In this document: in pieces, positions 38,964-49,307 of the stretch
How positions within the stretch are numbered: the stretch's first letter is position 1
Layout of the letters: each line of letters opens with the position of its first letter
Assembly: GCA_963822585.1 (NCBI GenBank)
Contig: CAWGIE010000011.1
Location: 32,001 to 96,000 of the forward strand
Direction of reading: 5' to 3'
Length of the DNA stretch: 64,000 nucleotides
Source: an uncultured bacterium
Lineage (GTDB): Bacteria > Auribacterota > Erginobacteria > Erginobacterales > Erginobacteraceae
The notes under the pieces: model-generated
Told to the model about the DNA's origin: nothing
Database searches by the model: none
The model's input: only the letters and a program-made list of their open reading frames with translations
Program-made: the position numbers and the translations under genes

Positions 38964-40666
38964 GTTTGATCCATCTCTACCGGCTCCAGATCAAGGTACC
39001 TGATGATCCGTTCGGCCGCCTCCTTGAAAACAGGCGCCGAGACTGTTCCGCCGTAGTAATACGGCCGCGGTTCATCAACCACTACCAGAATGGCCAGGCG
39101 AGGTTTGCTTGCCGGAAGAAGTCCCATGAAAAGAGCCCGGAAGAGTGAATGGGAGTATCCTCCCCCTCCGGGTTCCAGTTTCTGGGCTGTCCCGGTCTTG
39201 CCCGCGACCTGGAAACCGGGTATATAGGCCCGGCGGCCCGTCCCGCCTTCCATTACCACTTTCTGGAGGATCTCCAGCATCTTCCGGGCGGTTTCTTCCG
39301 AAACCACCCTTCCCCTCTCTTTTCGGGAATACCGGTAAATGACATCCCCCGAGGGACTCTCCAGATGATCGACTATCCGGGGCTGGAGTAAGATACCGCC
39401 ATTGCCGAGGGCGGAAAATGCCGTCAGTAGGCCCAGCGGCGTTACGGAGACTTCATGCCCCATGGAGATACTTCTGAGGGATAGTTTGCTCCAGTATTGC
39501 GGCTCGCGAAGACAGCCCGTCGCTTCTCCCGGAAGCTCGATGCCGGTAGCCCGGCCGATCCCGAAACTATCCAGCGCGCGGTACAGATCCCGGCGTCCCA
39601 GAATCATTCCGACTTTGGCCATGCCGATGTTGCTTGATTTCTGCAAGATTTCATCGAAACGAAGAATCCCGTGGGGATGGCTGTCTCTGAGAGATCTCCC
39701 GCCGATGGTAAACTCGCCTTCCTCGCAATAAAATTCGGTATCGGAGGAGACCAGGCCCGCCTCCAAGGCGGCGGCGGCGGGAAATACCTTAAACGTGGAA
39801 CCGGGCTCGATCTGATCGGCGATCACGCGGTTGCGGCGGTCCGGAGCTTCGGATTGGTTATACTGATTCGGATCATAGGTCGGGCGATTGGCCATGGCCA
39901 GGATCCGTCCGGTGGTGGGTTCCATCACAACCAGGGATGCCCATTTCGCCCCGTATTCCCGAAATACCTTTTCCAGCTCATCCTCCGCAATGGCCTGGAT
40001 AACCTCGTCGATGGTCAAAAAGAGGCTGCAGCCGTCGAGCGGATCTATCGTCTCGGAACGGAACCAGGAGGCCTCCCGCTGTTTGCTGTCTTTTTCCGTT
40101 ACCATCCATCCGGGGTGACCCCGGAGCTGCCGGTCAAACTTCCATTCCAACCCCTCCAGACCATTCCCATCGGGATCGGTGAATCCGATAACCTGGCTGA
40201 GCAACTGCCCCTTGGGATAGACCCGTTTCATCTCCTGTTTCAGTTCGATGCCGGGGAGGTCGAGTTCTTTAATCCGGGCGGCCGTATCGTCGTTCAAATG
40301 CCGCTTCAGCCAGGAGAACCACCCATCTCCGGACAGACGTGCGTGGAGTTTTGCTTCATCGACCCCGATGACGGGTTCCAGAGCCGCGACGATCTTATCG
40401 ACTTCTTCCGGGGCAATCCGGCGGGGAACGCAGTAGAGGGAGTAGCAGGGGATGCTGGCGGCCAACATATTTCCCCGGCAGTCGAAGATACCCCCGCGCC
40501 GGGAAGGGAGAAAACTGGTGCTCTGATGCTGATTACGGGCCTGCAGTTGATACCGTGAATGCTGCAGACATTGGAGCAGGAAAAGCCGGGCGAGCAGGAG
40601 AAAAGCAAAGCAGAAAAATAGACTGAAGATGAACCGTAACCTATTATTATAAATGCTCCCATGCAT
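38960..40666 (-). CDS. ftsI: Class B penicillin-binding protein (FtsI)
   Basis: RGGIFD, RVYP, GLEGLE, EPGSTFK, SSN, KTGTAQK. Confidence 0.95.
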   Translation of the reverse strand: MHGSIYNNRLRFIFSLFFCFAFLLLARLFLLQCLQHSRYQLQARNQHQSTSFLPSRRGGIFDCRGNMLAASIPCYSLYCVPRRIAPEEVDKIVAALEPVIGVDEAKLHARLSGDGWFSWLKRHLNDDTAARIKELDLPGIELKQEMKRVYPKGQLLSQVIGFTDPDGNGLEGLEWKFDRQLRGHPGWMVTEKDSKQREASWFRSETIDPLDGCSLFLTIDEVIQAIAEDELEKVFREYGAKWASLVVMEPTTGRILAMANRPTYDPNQYNQSEAPDRRNRVIADQIEPGSTFKVFPAAAALEAGLVSSDTEFYCEEGEFTIGGRSLRDSHPHGILRFDEILQKSSNIGMAKVGMILGRRDLYRALDSFGIGRATGIELPGEATGCLREPQYWSKLSLRSISMGHEVSVTPLGLLTAFSALGNGGILLQPRIVDHLESPSGDVIYRYSRKERGRVVSEETARKMLEILQKVVMEGGTGRRAYIPGFQVAGKTGTAQKLEPGGGGYSHSLFRALFMGLLPASKPRLAILVVVDEPRPYYYGGTVSAPVFKEAAERIIRYLDLEPVEMDQT

Positions 40667-40697
40667 CTATTTTCGGGGGAGCCGGCACGAAAAAAGC

Positions 40698-41087
40698 CTA
40701 TCGGGCTATGCTCAGGCCAACAAAATCCTGTGGCGGATGGGGAGCAGAGGCTTCCTTCACCGTACGAGTCTCCTCCTGTCTTACCCGGACAATCTGCTCC
40801 GGGTACGGGTCAACCAGGGCGATTTTTTTCTCGATGAGCATTTTTTCGATAACGGCGGGAGACTGCAGTTTTTCCAGCTGGCTCTGGAGAATAACACTGC
40901 GTCCGCTGAGGTAATCAAGCTTTCTTTCGAAGCGTTCCACGAGAGTACTTGTCTGCACCACCTGCGAATAGATCCAGAGATAGGTCATCCCCAGTAAAAA
41001 AGCGGCCGCGAGGATCATCCAGCAACCCTTGAGACAGAAAATGCCGATCCACGAGTTTCCCCCATCAAAATGATATCTCATCTTCAT
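40698..41087 (-). CDS. ftsL: Probable cell division protein FtsL
   Basis: Single TM plus coiled coil, located between rsmH and ftsI. Confidence 0.65.
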   Translation of the reverse strand: MKMRYHFDGGNSWIGIFCLKGCWMILAAAFLLGMTYLWIYSQVVQTSTLVERFERKLDYLSGRSVILQSQLEKLQSPAVIEKMLIEKKIALVDPYPEQIVRVRQEETRTVKEASAPHPPQDFVGLSIAR

Positions 41088-41170
41088 AATAATCCTCCTC
41101 TCCTCCCGCGCCCGGCAATGCGTTCAGACTGACCATCCATCGATCGCCGGGTAGAGGTATCACGGGATCT

Positions 41171-42073
41171 TCACACCTTTTCCGCCGCCCGCAGCTTGGC
41201 GCCGCGGGAACGGGGATTGCACCGGACCTCCTCGATGCTGGCCCGAACCGGTTTTTTATGTAAAAGCCGCAGGCTCCCCTCCTGAACCCATCGCCGGTAC
41301 TCATACTTGACGATCCGATCTTCCAATGAATGAAAAGAGATGACGCAGATCCTGCCTCCGGAACGGAGTACCGACAGAGCCTGAGGCAATGCTTCCCGTA
41401 ATGCATCCAGTTCGCTGTTAACGTATATCCGCAGAGCTTGGAATGTCCTGGTCGCCGGATGTATTTTCCCCCGGCCCGGCACCGCCCGGGAGACAATTTC
41501 CGCCAGGTCAACGGTTCTCACTACCGGCCGGGATTTTCGCTCCTCCACGATACGCCGGCTGATGCGGCCGGCCCAACGCTCCTCTCCGTATTCCCTGATA
41601 ATCCATTCCAGTTCTTGCCGGCTCAGTCCGTTGATCAGATCCGCCGCTGTTTTTTCCGTCCGGCTGTCCATTCTCATGTCCAGGGGACCGTCGAGCCGGA
41701 AACTAAAACCGCGTTCCGCCGTTTCCAACTGGACCGAATTCACTCCCAGATCAATAAGAACGCCGTCCAGGTATTCGACCCCCCTTCGCCGGAGCACCTC
41801 TGTCAGATCGGCGAAATTCGCTTGCTCCACCTTCACCAGCCCCGAAAATTCCTCCAGGTTCCGGCGGGCGGCCGCTATCATCTCACCGTCCCGGTCGATC
41901 CCTATCAGACACCCCCCGGGGGAAAGCAGGGGAGCTAACCGCCGCGCGTGCCCCCCCTCCCCCAGCGTACAGTCAAGAATAATCCTTCCCGGGCGGCAAT
42001 CGAGAAAAGAGACTATCTCGTCCGCCAGTACGGGAAGATGGCGGGGCACACGGATACTACCGTCCGCTCCCAC
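41171..42073 (-). CDS. rsmH: 16S rRNA m4C1402 methyltransferase
   Basis: HLPVL, DCTLGEGGH, RGFSF..DGPLDMRMD, HPATRTFQALRI, SFHSLEDRIVK. Confidence 0.97.
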   Translation of the reverse strand: MGADGSIRVPRHLPVLADEIVSFLDCRPGRIILDCTLGEGGHARRLAPLLSPGGCLIGIDRDGEMIAAARRNLEEFSGLVKVEQANFADLTEVLRRRGVEYLDGVLIDLGVNSVQLETAERGFSFRLDGPLDMRMDSRTEKTAADLINGLSRQELEWIIREYGEERWAGRISRRIVEERKSRPVVRTVDLAEIVSRAVPGRGKIHPATRTFQALRIYVNSELDALREALPQALSVLRSGGRICVISFHSLEDRIVKYEYRRWVQEGSLRLLHKKPVRASIEEVRCNPRSRGAKLRAAEKV

Positions 42074-42190
42074 GCCTTCTCTTCTTCGGGACCCTTAATC
42101 TGACACTCAGCTTCCGGGCGGGCTTCAAGCTTTTGTTCATGCTTAAAAGATCGATCAGCGTTCTCGAACTGCTCTTCATATGCTATCCCC

Positions 42191-42613
42191 TCATTGGGCA
42201 AGGTTTTCCGCTATCTCTTCATAGCGTTTGCTTGATTCATGCTGGTATTCTTCCCAGCGGTGAGTATCCCAGATTTCGAAATGATCGGAAACACCGACTA
42301 CGACCACTTCACGCTCAAGGTTCGCCACCTTTAAAAGAGGAGCCGGCAGGTTGATTCTTCCCTGCCGGTCACAGACCGTTTCCGCCGCGTTGGAGAAATA
42401 AATCCGCTTGAAGTCACGGGCATCCTTCTTCATCATGTCCATTTCGTTGACCCGAGCCTGCTGGGCGTTCCAGCCTTCCTCGGTGAATACGGAGAGGCAG
42501 CCGTCCAGACCCCGGTTGACATAGAAACGCTGATTCTCCCCGCTGCGGAACCGGGCCGGGATGAAAAGGCGCCCCTTGGTATCTATCGAATGTCTGTATT
42601 CTCCCAGAAACAT
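42191..42613 (-). CDS. mraZ: Transcriptional regulator MraZ
   Basis: MFLGEYRHSIDTKGR, DRQGRI, FEIWD; GGAGG RBS. Confidence 0.97.
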   Translation of the reverse strand: MFLGEYRHSIDTKGRLFIPARFRSGENQRFYVNRGLDGCLSVFTEEGWNAQQARVNEMDMMKKDARDFKRIYFSNAAETVCDRQGRINLPAPLLKVANLEREVVVVGVSDHFEIWDTHRWEEYQHESSKRYEEIAENLAQ

Positions 42614-42630
42614 GAGAGCCTCCAGATTCA

Positions 42631-42692
42631 CCACTTTAACCCACTATTCACCACTTCACAACAATATACTACCACTCAGAAAATACTGTCAA
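42631..42692 (-). promoter_or_regulatory. dcw promoter with MraZ-type GTGG direct repeats
   Basis: GTGG at 10-bp periodicity (42631, 42641, 42651, plus 42672), overlapping TTGACA-N18-TATATT. Confidence 0.75.
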
Positions 42693-42944
42693 CAGAAAAA
42701 TTACATTTTTTTCTCATAAAAAAACGACCTTATAAGATCGAATCAACCATTGGAAAACGGGATTATTATTAACGTTATCACTTGCATAGAAAACACTTGC
42801 GGATTAAATAACCCGAGAGAAGGGCAGCTCCGGATCCGCCAGGCAGGGAACTTCGGAATGGCGGAGCGAGAGAAAAAGGAGATAAAAGGGAGAAAGTCGG
42901 GGAAAAAATCGAGGACGCCCCTGACCGGGGCGCGGGGGAAAAAA

Positions 42945-43355
42945 TGACAGGCGGAGGACGGGAATAAGCCGAATTCTGTATCCCCCGGGGAGCCGGGGGA
43001 TGATGGTCATCTATCTGGGCCTTCGGTTGCCCTCGGGCTCGTTGCGGCCTACCCGGACCTCGAACGGTGCGGGCAACACCTCGGTCCCTATTCGGCCTTG
43101 CTCCGGGCGGGGTTTGCCATGCGGCCTCGATTACTCTCGACCCGGTGCGCTCTTACCGCGCCTTTTCACCCTTGCCTGTCCCCCGGTTTCCCGGGGTCAT
43201 CGGCGGTCTGTTTTCTGCGGCACTTTCCGTCCCGAAGGGATTGCTCCCTCCGGTCCCCCGATATTCTCGGGGCGCCCTGCCCTGCGGAGTTCGGACTTTC
43301 CTCCCCCCGCGGCACGCCGCGGGAAGGCGACCATCAACCCGTCCCCTGCCTGTCA
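42945..43355 (-). ncRNA. rnpB: RNase P RNA (bacterial type A)
   Basis: GAGGAAAGTCC near the 5' end, ACAGAATTCGGCTTA near the 3' end, complementary termini forming P1. Confidence 0.97.
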
Positions 43356-43381
43356 GCAAGTTAGCGCTTCGCGCTAACTTG

Positions 43382-43453
43382 TAGTGGAAAGTGTAAAGTT
43401 GAAGGTGAAGGTGCAAGGAAGGACCTTTACACTTTACACCTGAAACTTTACAC
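43382..43453. repeat. Heptamer inverted repeat (GTGTAAA/TTTACAC)
   Basis: gtgtaaagttgaaggtgaaggtg...tttacactttacacctgaaactttacac. Confidence 0.65.
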
Positions 43454-43497
43454 AATGTTTTAAGATTCCAAAACAGGAACCTAGCATAGTAAATTCC

Positions 43498-44208
43498 CTA
43501 CTCGTCTTCGTCCAGGTAGATGAATCGGCCGCAGTTTTCACACTGACATATTCTCTCTTCCCGGGCCAGATCGTTCAACGTTTGCGCGGTCAGCTCCATA
43601 TTGCATCCTCCGCAGGCATCGTTCCGCACTGCGACCATCGCCCGGTCCGTTTTGTGAGCGAAAATAATCTCGTACTTCTCCAGAAGGTCGTACTCGATAT
43701 CCTCCGCCCGGGTCGCCCGCGCCTCACGCCGCTGGGCCATTTCACGTTCGATCGCCTGTAATTCCTCTTGAGCCGTCCGCTCTCTTTCCTGGAATCGCTG
43801 CCGGGCGAGTTCCAGATCAGCCTGGATCTCTTTCAGTTTCTCCTGTTCGTTCTCTGTTTCCTGCAGCAACACCAGCATGCGGTCTTCAACCGCGCCGATG
43901 TCAGCCTTGAGCCCCTCCATCTCGTGCAATAGCGCCGTGTATTCCTTGTTCGTCTTCACTTTGAAAAGCTGTTCCTGGTATTTCGCGAGATGATTCCTCT
44001 TGTCTTCAATCTCCAGTTCCACATCCTTGCTCCGGACCCGGCCGGACTGAAAACGCTCCTTCTCTTCCCGGATGATCCGTTCGTCGTTCTCGATTTCCCT
44101 GGCAATCGTCCCCAGATCGTTCTCAATCGCCGCCTGCCGGGCTTGAAGATCCCGGAGCTCGATATCAAGCTCCTGGAGACGAAGGAGCCTATTAATGTCT
44201 TCTCTCAT
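43498..44208 (-). CDS. Coiled-coil protein with C4 zinc ribbon (CT398/HP0958-like)
   Basis: LLRLQELD, VKTNKEYTALLHE, CGGC...CENCGR. Confidence 0.92.
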   Translation of the reverse strand: MREDINRLLRLQELDIELRDLQARQAAIENDLGTIAREIENDERIIREEKERFQSGRVRSKDVELEIEDKRNHLAKYQEQLFKVKTNKEYTALLHEMEGLKADIGAVEDRMLVLLQETENEQEKLKEIQADLELARQRFQERERTAQEELQAIEREMAQRREARATRAEDIEYDLLEKYEIIFAHKTDRAMVAVRNDACGGCNMELTAQTLNDLAREERICQCENCGRFIYLDEDE

Positions 44209-44241
44209 CAGCAGTATTTCCTGTGATTTTTGTGGTATTTA

Positions 44242-44313
44242 TGGGCGATACTGGTTTCGAACCAGTGACCCCCTGGTTGTGATCCAGGTGCTCTCCCGCT
44301 GAGCTAATCGCCC
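44242..44313 (-). tRNA. tRNA-Val(CAC), CCA not encoded
   Basis: GGGCGATTAGCTCAGCGGGAGAGCA-CCTGG-ATCACAA-CCAGG-GGGTCACTGGTTCGAAACCAGTATCGCCCA folds as a cloverleaf. Confidence 0.93.
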
Positions 44314-44395
44314 TTACAATTTTTTCTTCGAAAAATTGTACTATATGTTCCATGGATAGAGCTTAGATCTCATCCATATAAACATGAGGCGTCAG

Positions 44396-44424
44396 ATAGT
44401 ATACCAACCACGGGCTATTGTCAA
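44396..44424 (-). promoter_or_regulatory. Sigma70-type promoter upstream of the tRNA
   Basis: TTGACA-N17-TACTAT on the minus strand. Confidence 0.65.
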
Positions 44425-44596
44425 TAAACCCCCTCCGGAATTTATTTATCTATTTATTGCCTCCTCCGGAAAAAAACGGAAGCACATAAAGACGGACGGC
44501 GGGGACGGGGCCATCCTCTCAGGCATGGTTGCCCGGGAGAATACCGGAAAGAATATCCCGGCATCGATTTCATCGTTCCCCGGATGGGGGAAACCC

Positions 44597-45220
44597 TCAC
44601 CTTCCGGGATTGACCATACTGATGTAATCATCCGGAGTGTCGATGTCGAGGAGGATCGTCTTCGCGGCAACCTCCACACAGACAATGTCATCCGGATGAC
44701 GCCGCAAGACCTCACGGGCGCCCCATCTACCGGCCACCTCCCGGATCTCGTCGGCGTACTGCCGATGAAAAATCGAGGGGTGGCCTCTTCGCCCGTTACA
44801 GACGGGGACCACGATTTTTGTCCCTTTCTTCCGGTATGTCCGGATCACCTCGTTTATGACATCGGGGGGTATACAGGGCTGGTCACCGAGAGCGAAGAGG
44901 AAGCCGGCTTCGGAAGCGAGATCGCCCCGGCCAAGCCAGTAGTCGATCCCCGCGATCACCGAACTCCCCATCCCGGAGGGATACCGGGGATTGTACACTA
45001 TCCGGCAGGGGAGACTTTCCAGGAGTTGGGAGGCACGATCCGCCTGATGCCCCAGGATCACGGCCACGCCGTCAACCCGGGACGCGAGAATAGTGCCGAC
45101 CGAAGCTTCCAATACGGTTCCGACGCCGAAAGGGAGGAAAAGCTTGTTACGGGGGGCACAGCGGCGGGATTCCCCGGCCGCCAGGATGATCGCATAAACG
45201 GGTCTTGTCAGTTGGTGCAC
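44597..45220 (-). CDS. mocA: Molybdenum cofactor cytidylyltransferase-like nucleotidyltransferase
   Basis: ILAAGESRR, NKL, GMGSS, LGDQP, GHPSIF, DIDTPDDY; adjacent to xdh-type genes. Confidence 0.85.
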   Translation of the reverse strand: MHQLTRPVYAIILAAGESRRCAPRNKLFLPFGVGTVLEASVGTILASRVDGVAVILGHQADRASQLLESLPCRIVYNPRYPSGMGSSVIAGIDYWLGRGDLASEAGFLFALGDQPCIPPDVINEVIRTYRKKGTKIVVPVCNGRRGHPSIFHRQYADEIREVAGRWGAREVLRRHPDDIVCVEVAAKTILLDIDTPDDYISMVNPGR

Positions 45221-45261
45221 CTTATTATCTCTGATCGATCCGGCGGCGGTCTTGGCAATAA

Positions 45262-45363
45262 AATCAGTAATCGGTAATCAGTAATCAGTAATCGGCGATC
45301 ATCCATTCGGCCCGGCACACCAGGCGCTGGTTACCGATTACCGATCACCGATTACTGATTACT
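45262..45363. repeat. Heptamer (CAGTAAT) inverted repeat, family G
   Basis: aatcagtaatcggtaatcagtaatcag...ttaccgattaccgatcaccgattactgattact; also at 58669. Confidence 0.85.
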
Positions 45364-46206
45364 TAACAACTCTTCCAGCCCGCGGGCCAGAAGGAGGCCG
45401 GCCATACGGTCCCGGTAGGAAGCGCTGGAACGAAGATCGGTGATGGCCCGGGATTCTTCCGAGCAGATTCGGGCCGCCGTGCGGATCGTATCCGGCGTCA
45501 GCGACCGGCCGGCGAGAAACGACTCGGTCCGGGGGGCGCGGATCACCACGGGGGCGACCGCGCCCAGGGCGACCCTGATCTTTTCAATACCTCCCTCTCG
45601 AAGGGAGAGGAGCGCCGCGGTCGAGACTTTGGAGATGGCCAGCGCTTTTCTCTGTCCCAGCTTTTTGAAAAAACCGTGTTCCGACGGAGCCGGCACCGGG
45701 AAGCTGACCGCGACCAGGATCTCATCGGGGCGGCGGACAGACTTCTTGACCCCGGTGAAAAATTCTTCGATCGGCACGGAGCGTTCCTCGCGGCAGCTTC
45801 TTAGAGTGACCGATGCCCCGAGAACATAGAGGGCGGGCAGGGTGTCTCCTGAGGGAGAAGCCATGACCAGGTTGCCCCCGACGGTGCCCAGGGTACGGAT
45901 CTGGGGGGACCCGACCTCGGCGCAGCTTTGGACCAGGACCGGGGCCTTCGCATTCAGAAGAGAGGAGCCGACGATCCGGGAATGGGAGACCAGGGCGCCG
46001 ATCCGGATTCGGTCCTCACTCTCTTCTATCCCCTTCAGCTCCTCGATGCCGCTGATATCGAGGACCGTCCGGGGGAGAACGAGCTTTTCCTGGATCATTA
46101 CCAGCAAATCGGTCCCCCCCGCCAAAACCCGGCAGTCTCCATCGTTATCCCGCAGCAGATCCAGGGCTTCCCGGAGGCTCCCCGCGCGGCGATAGTCGAA
46201 TTTCAT
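45352..46206 (-). CDS. Xanthine dehydrogenase family FAD-binding subunit
   Basis: AGGTDL, GSPQIR..GTVGGN, ALGAVAP, DLRSSASYR. Confidence 0.93.
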   Translation of the reverse strand: MKFDYRRAGSLREALDLLRDNDGDCRVLAGGTDLLVMIQEKLVLPRTVLDISGIEELKGIEESEDRIRIGALVSHSRIVGSSLLNAKAPVLVQSCAEVGSPQIRTLGTVGGNLVMASPSGDTLPALYVLGASVTLRSCREERSVPIEEFFTGVKKSVRRPDEILVAVSFPVPAPSEHGFFKKLGQRKALAISKVSTAALLSLREGGIEKIRVALGAVAPVVIRAPRTESFLAGRSLTPDTIRTAARICSEESRAITDLRSSASYRDRMAGLLLARGLEELLSNQ

Positions 46207-46213
46207 GGTCACC

Positions 46214-46693
46214 CTATCCTTCCTCCCTGATCTTCCCGGCGGCCTTTTCCACCGCCCGGATGATCTTGGTGTAACCGGTACAGCGGCAGAGGTTCCCGGA
46301 AAGGGCACGCTTGATCTCGTCCCGGGTGGGGTTCAGGGTCCGATCCAGAAGAGCCCGGGCGGCCATGATCATCCCCGGTATACAGTACCCGCACTGAACG
46401 GCGCTCTCCTCGACAAAGGCTTCCTGGAGGGGGTGCATTCTTTCTCCTGCAGCCAACCCTTCAATGGTCAGGACATCCCTCCCTTCCACCTGGGGGGCAA
46501 GCACCAGACAGGAGGCCACCGGCTCACCATCGAGGAGAACGGTGCAGGCGCCGCACTCTCCCCGCTCGCAACCGGGCTTGGCGCCGGTCAGGCCGAGCCG
46601 TTCCCTCAGCAGCCGCAGCAGTGTAAACCAGGGCGGAGTCGTAACGCTGACTTCTTTCCCGTTGAGTTTGAACTGTATGGTGATCTCATCCAT
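46214..46693 (-). CDS. Xanthine dehydrogenase family 2x[2Fe-2S] subunit
   Basis: GCERGECGACTV, QCGYCIPG, NLCRCTGY. Confidence 0.96.
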   Translation of the reverse strand: MDEITIQFKLNGKEVSVTTPPWFTLLRLLRERLGLTGAKPGCERGECGACTVLLDGEPVASCLVLAPQVEGRDVLTIEGLAAGERMHPLQEAFVEESAVQCGYCIPGMIMAARALLDRTLNPTRDEIKRALSGNLCRCTGYTKIIRAVEKAAGKIREEG

Positions 46694-46716
46694 GGCAACT
46701 TATGATTCCGATCGAG

Positions 46717-46913
46717 CTTATTCGTAAAGATCGTAAGCTCTCAAATTCTACTATCTAAATACTAAATCCTAAATAATATCAAATGACCAAAATCACAAAT
46801 TCAAAACAATTTCGCCAAGCATCGGGATATTTGGTCATTGGAATTTTGAATTTATTTGGGATTTCGATATTAGGGTTTAGGATTTCCCGATCGAATCCCT
46901 TTTCGAGCAGGAT
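46717..46913 (-). repeat. Family A element, overlapping the 3' end of the Mo subunit gene
   Basis: Inverted homolog of 3811-4016. Confidence 0.85.
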
Positions 46914-49183
46914 CTATCTAATTCTTCGACTATGTCCTCCGGGGTGATCGGCAGACTCGAGCAGCGCACACCGACCGCGTCAAAAATCGCATTGGCAATG
47001 GCCGGGGTGATCGGTACTGTCGGGGCTTCGCCGACCCCCTTGGCCCCGTAAGGCCCGCTTTTCTCCGGCTTTTCCACGATCACTGTCTCCTGCTCGGGCA
47101 CATCGAGAGCGGTGGGGAGAATATAGGTGGAGAATCCGGTGGTTTTAAACGCGCCCTTCTCCACCACCACATTTTCGAAGAGCGTGTATCCGATCCCCAT
47201 GACCACCCCCCCCTCACATTGTCCTTCCACACCGGCCAGGTTGATCGCCCGGCCCATTTCCGGGCAAGAGATCACCCGCAAAACCTCGACCTCTCCGGTA
47301 CCGGTATCCACCCCGACCAGTGCCAGCTGCGTGATGTATGTGTAATAATTATGGGGAAGACCGTCACCGAAATCCTTATCCGAGACGGCGAAGACGGCGG
47401 CGCCCGTCACCTTGATCGGGGCGCCCACCGAGAGGGCGTATCCAGCCACTTCCTCCAGGGTCAACGCTTTTTCGGGAGAGCCGGGGGAGAAAACGCGGCC
47501 GGAGGCGTACTCAAGTTCCCGGGCCGGGATACCGAGTTTCTTCGCAGCCAGATCCAGCAGCACCGGCTTCAGGCGTTTCACCCCGTCAAGAATGGCATTC
47601 CCATTGATCAGGATCGAGCGGGAAGCGGTCACCGATCCCGAATCGGGGGTCTCAAAGGTGTCTCCATGAATGACCGTGATCTTTCCGATGTCGCATTCCA
47701 GCGCCTCCGCCAGCATCTGGGCATAGGCGGTCAGATTTCCCTGCCCGATTTCAATGGCTCCGGTCCGGAGGGTGATCTTCCCTCCCTCTCCGATCTCAAT
47801 GACGACATTCGCGAAGTCCGGAAGGCCCACCCCCAGCCCAACGGCGTGCCATTCGGAGGCGACCCCCACGCCGTATTTCTTGTGTCTTCCGGCGGCAGTG
47901 AGCTCAGCCTTGATCTTCTCCCGGTTCTGCCAGAGTCCGGTCCGGCGCGCCGCCTCCAGCGTCTCCTTGATACCGGCACTGGTCTGAAGCCGGTGCCCGA
48001 TGGCCGAGATATCCCCCTGCTCAACGGCGTTCAGCAGGCGCAGCTCGATCGGGTCCATCTCCAGACGCCGGGCCAGCTTGTCCAGTTCCTGCTCCAGTCC
48101 GAAAACCACCTGGGGGGCTCCGAATCCCCGGAATTCACCGCCCATAGCGTTGTTCGTATAGACGCTGATACCCCGGAAACGGGAGTGAGGATACTTATAA
48201 GGGCCGGGGGACGATTCCAGAGACAGATTGAGGACCGGTCCGGCGATGGTATCGTAAGCCCCGGTATTTGATACCACCCGGACATCGATCGCCCGCAACC
48301 GACCGTCATTCGCGGCACCGATCCGGAAGGTTGTCCTCATGGAATGCCGCTTGGGGCCGACCACGATCGACTCCTCCCGGCTCCAGTGAAGGCGTACCGG
48401 TTTACCGGTCCGGTACGCCAGCAGGGCCAGGTGGATCTGAACGCTGATCTCGTCCTTGCCCCCGAAAGCACCACCGGTCGGGGAGCCGATCACCCTGATT
48501 TTCAACGGATCCCAGTCCAGGGAGCGGGCGATCTGGAGTTGATCCCGGAAAGCGTATTGATCCCCGCACCAGACCGTTATCACTCCCTTCTCTTCATCAT
48601 ACACGGCCACGCCCCCTTCCGTCTCCAGGTAGGCATGTTCCATGAACTGGGTCTGATAAGTCTGCTCCAAAACAATATCCGACTCTGCCAGGCCTTTCTC
48701 GACGTCGCCCTTGGGGGGTATATCCATGGAGTGCTGTATGTTGCCGTCCTCGTGGATGCGGGGAGCGTCCGGCCGGAGCGCTTCTTCCGGGGTATCGATG
48801 ACCGGGAGGGGTTCATATTCAACCTCGATCAGGGAGAGCGCCTCCTCCGCCGTCTCCTCATCGATGGCCGCGACCAGGGCCAGGGCGTCGCCCCGGTACC
48901 GGACCCGGTCCACGCAAAGAACCGGCCAGTTGGGCGTCACAATCCCGAAGCCGTTGTGCCCGGGGATGTCCTCGTGGGTAAGGACCACCTCGACGCCGGG
49001 AAGCGCCCGGGCGCGGGAAACATCAAGCCGGCGAATCCGGGCATGGGGAAAGCTGCTCCGGAGGACCCTGGCCCGGAGCATATCTTCCGGATAGAGATCG
49101 GTGGAATAGAGCGTCTTTCCGGTTACCTTATCCCGGGCATCGATCCGGGGGACTCTTTTACTGATATAGCGGTAGTCGGTCAT
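46877..49183 (-). CDS. Xanthine dehydrogenase family molybdopterin-binding subunit
   Basis: KVTG, HAYLE, GGAFGGK, FRGFGAPQ, EIGQG, AKGVGE. Confidence 0.95.
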   Translation of the reverse strand: MTDYRYISKRVPRIDARDKVTGKTLYSTDLYPEDMLRARVLRSSFPHARIRRLDVSRARALPGVEVVLTHEDIPGHNGFGIVTPNWPVLCVDRVRYRGDALALVAAIDEETAEEALSLIEVEYEPLPVIDTPEEALRPDAPRIHEDGNIQHSMDIPPKGDVEKGLAESDIVLEQTYQTQFMEHAYLETEGGVAVYDEEKGVITVWCGDQYAFRDQLQIARSLDWDPLKIRVIGSPTGGAFGGKDEISVQIHLALLAYRTGKPVRLHWSREESIVVGPKRHSMRTTFRIGAANDGRLRAIDVRVVSNTGAYDTIAGPVLNLSLESSPGPYKYPHSRFRGISVYTNNAMGGEFRGFGAPQVVFGLEQELDKLARRLEMDPIELRLLNAVEQGDISAIGHRLQTSAGIKETLEAARRTGLWQNREKIKAELTAAGRHKKYGVGVASEWHAVGLGVGLPDFANVVIEIGEGGKITLRTGAIEIGQGNLTAYAQMLAEALECDIGKITVIHGDTFETPDSGSVTASRSILINGNAILDGVKRLKPVLLDLAAKKLGIPARELEYASGRVFSPGSPEKALTLEEVAGYALSVGAPIKVTGAAVFAVSDKDFGDGLPHNYYTYITQLALVGVDTGTGEVEVLRVISCPEMGRAINLAGVEGQCEGGVVMGIGYTLFENVVVEKGAFKTTGFSTYILPTALDVPEQETVIVEKPEKSGPYGAKGVGEAPTVPITPAIANAIFDAVGVRCSSLPITPEDIVEELDRSCSKRDSIGKS

Positions 49184-49307
49184 CAGAAAAAATAATTGGC
49201 CTTCAGGTCAATCGGACCGGTCGGACGTGTCGGACCGGTCCGACTTATCGGAGGCCGGCATGGTTGTTTTGGATACTGCACTACATAATGGCTTTCTCCG
49301 GGGAAAA

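Noticed and set aside
43000..43455. Several ORFs overlapping 43000-43455
   Set aside because: They overlap the RNase P RNA gene and adjacent repeats.
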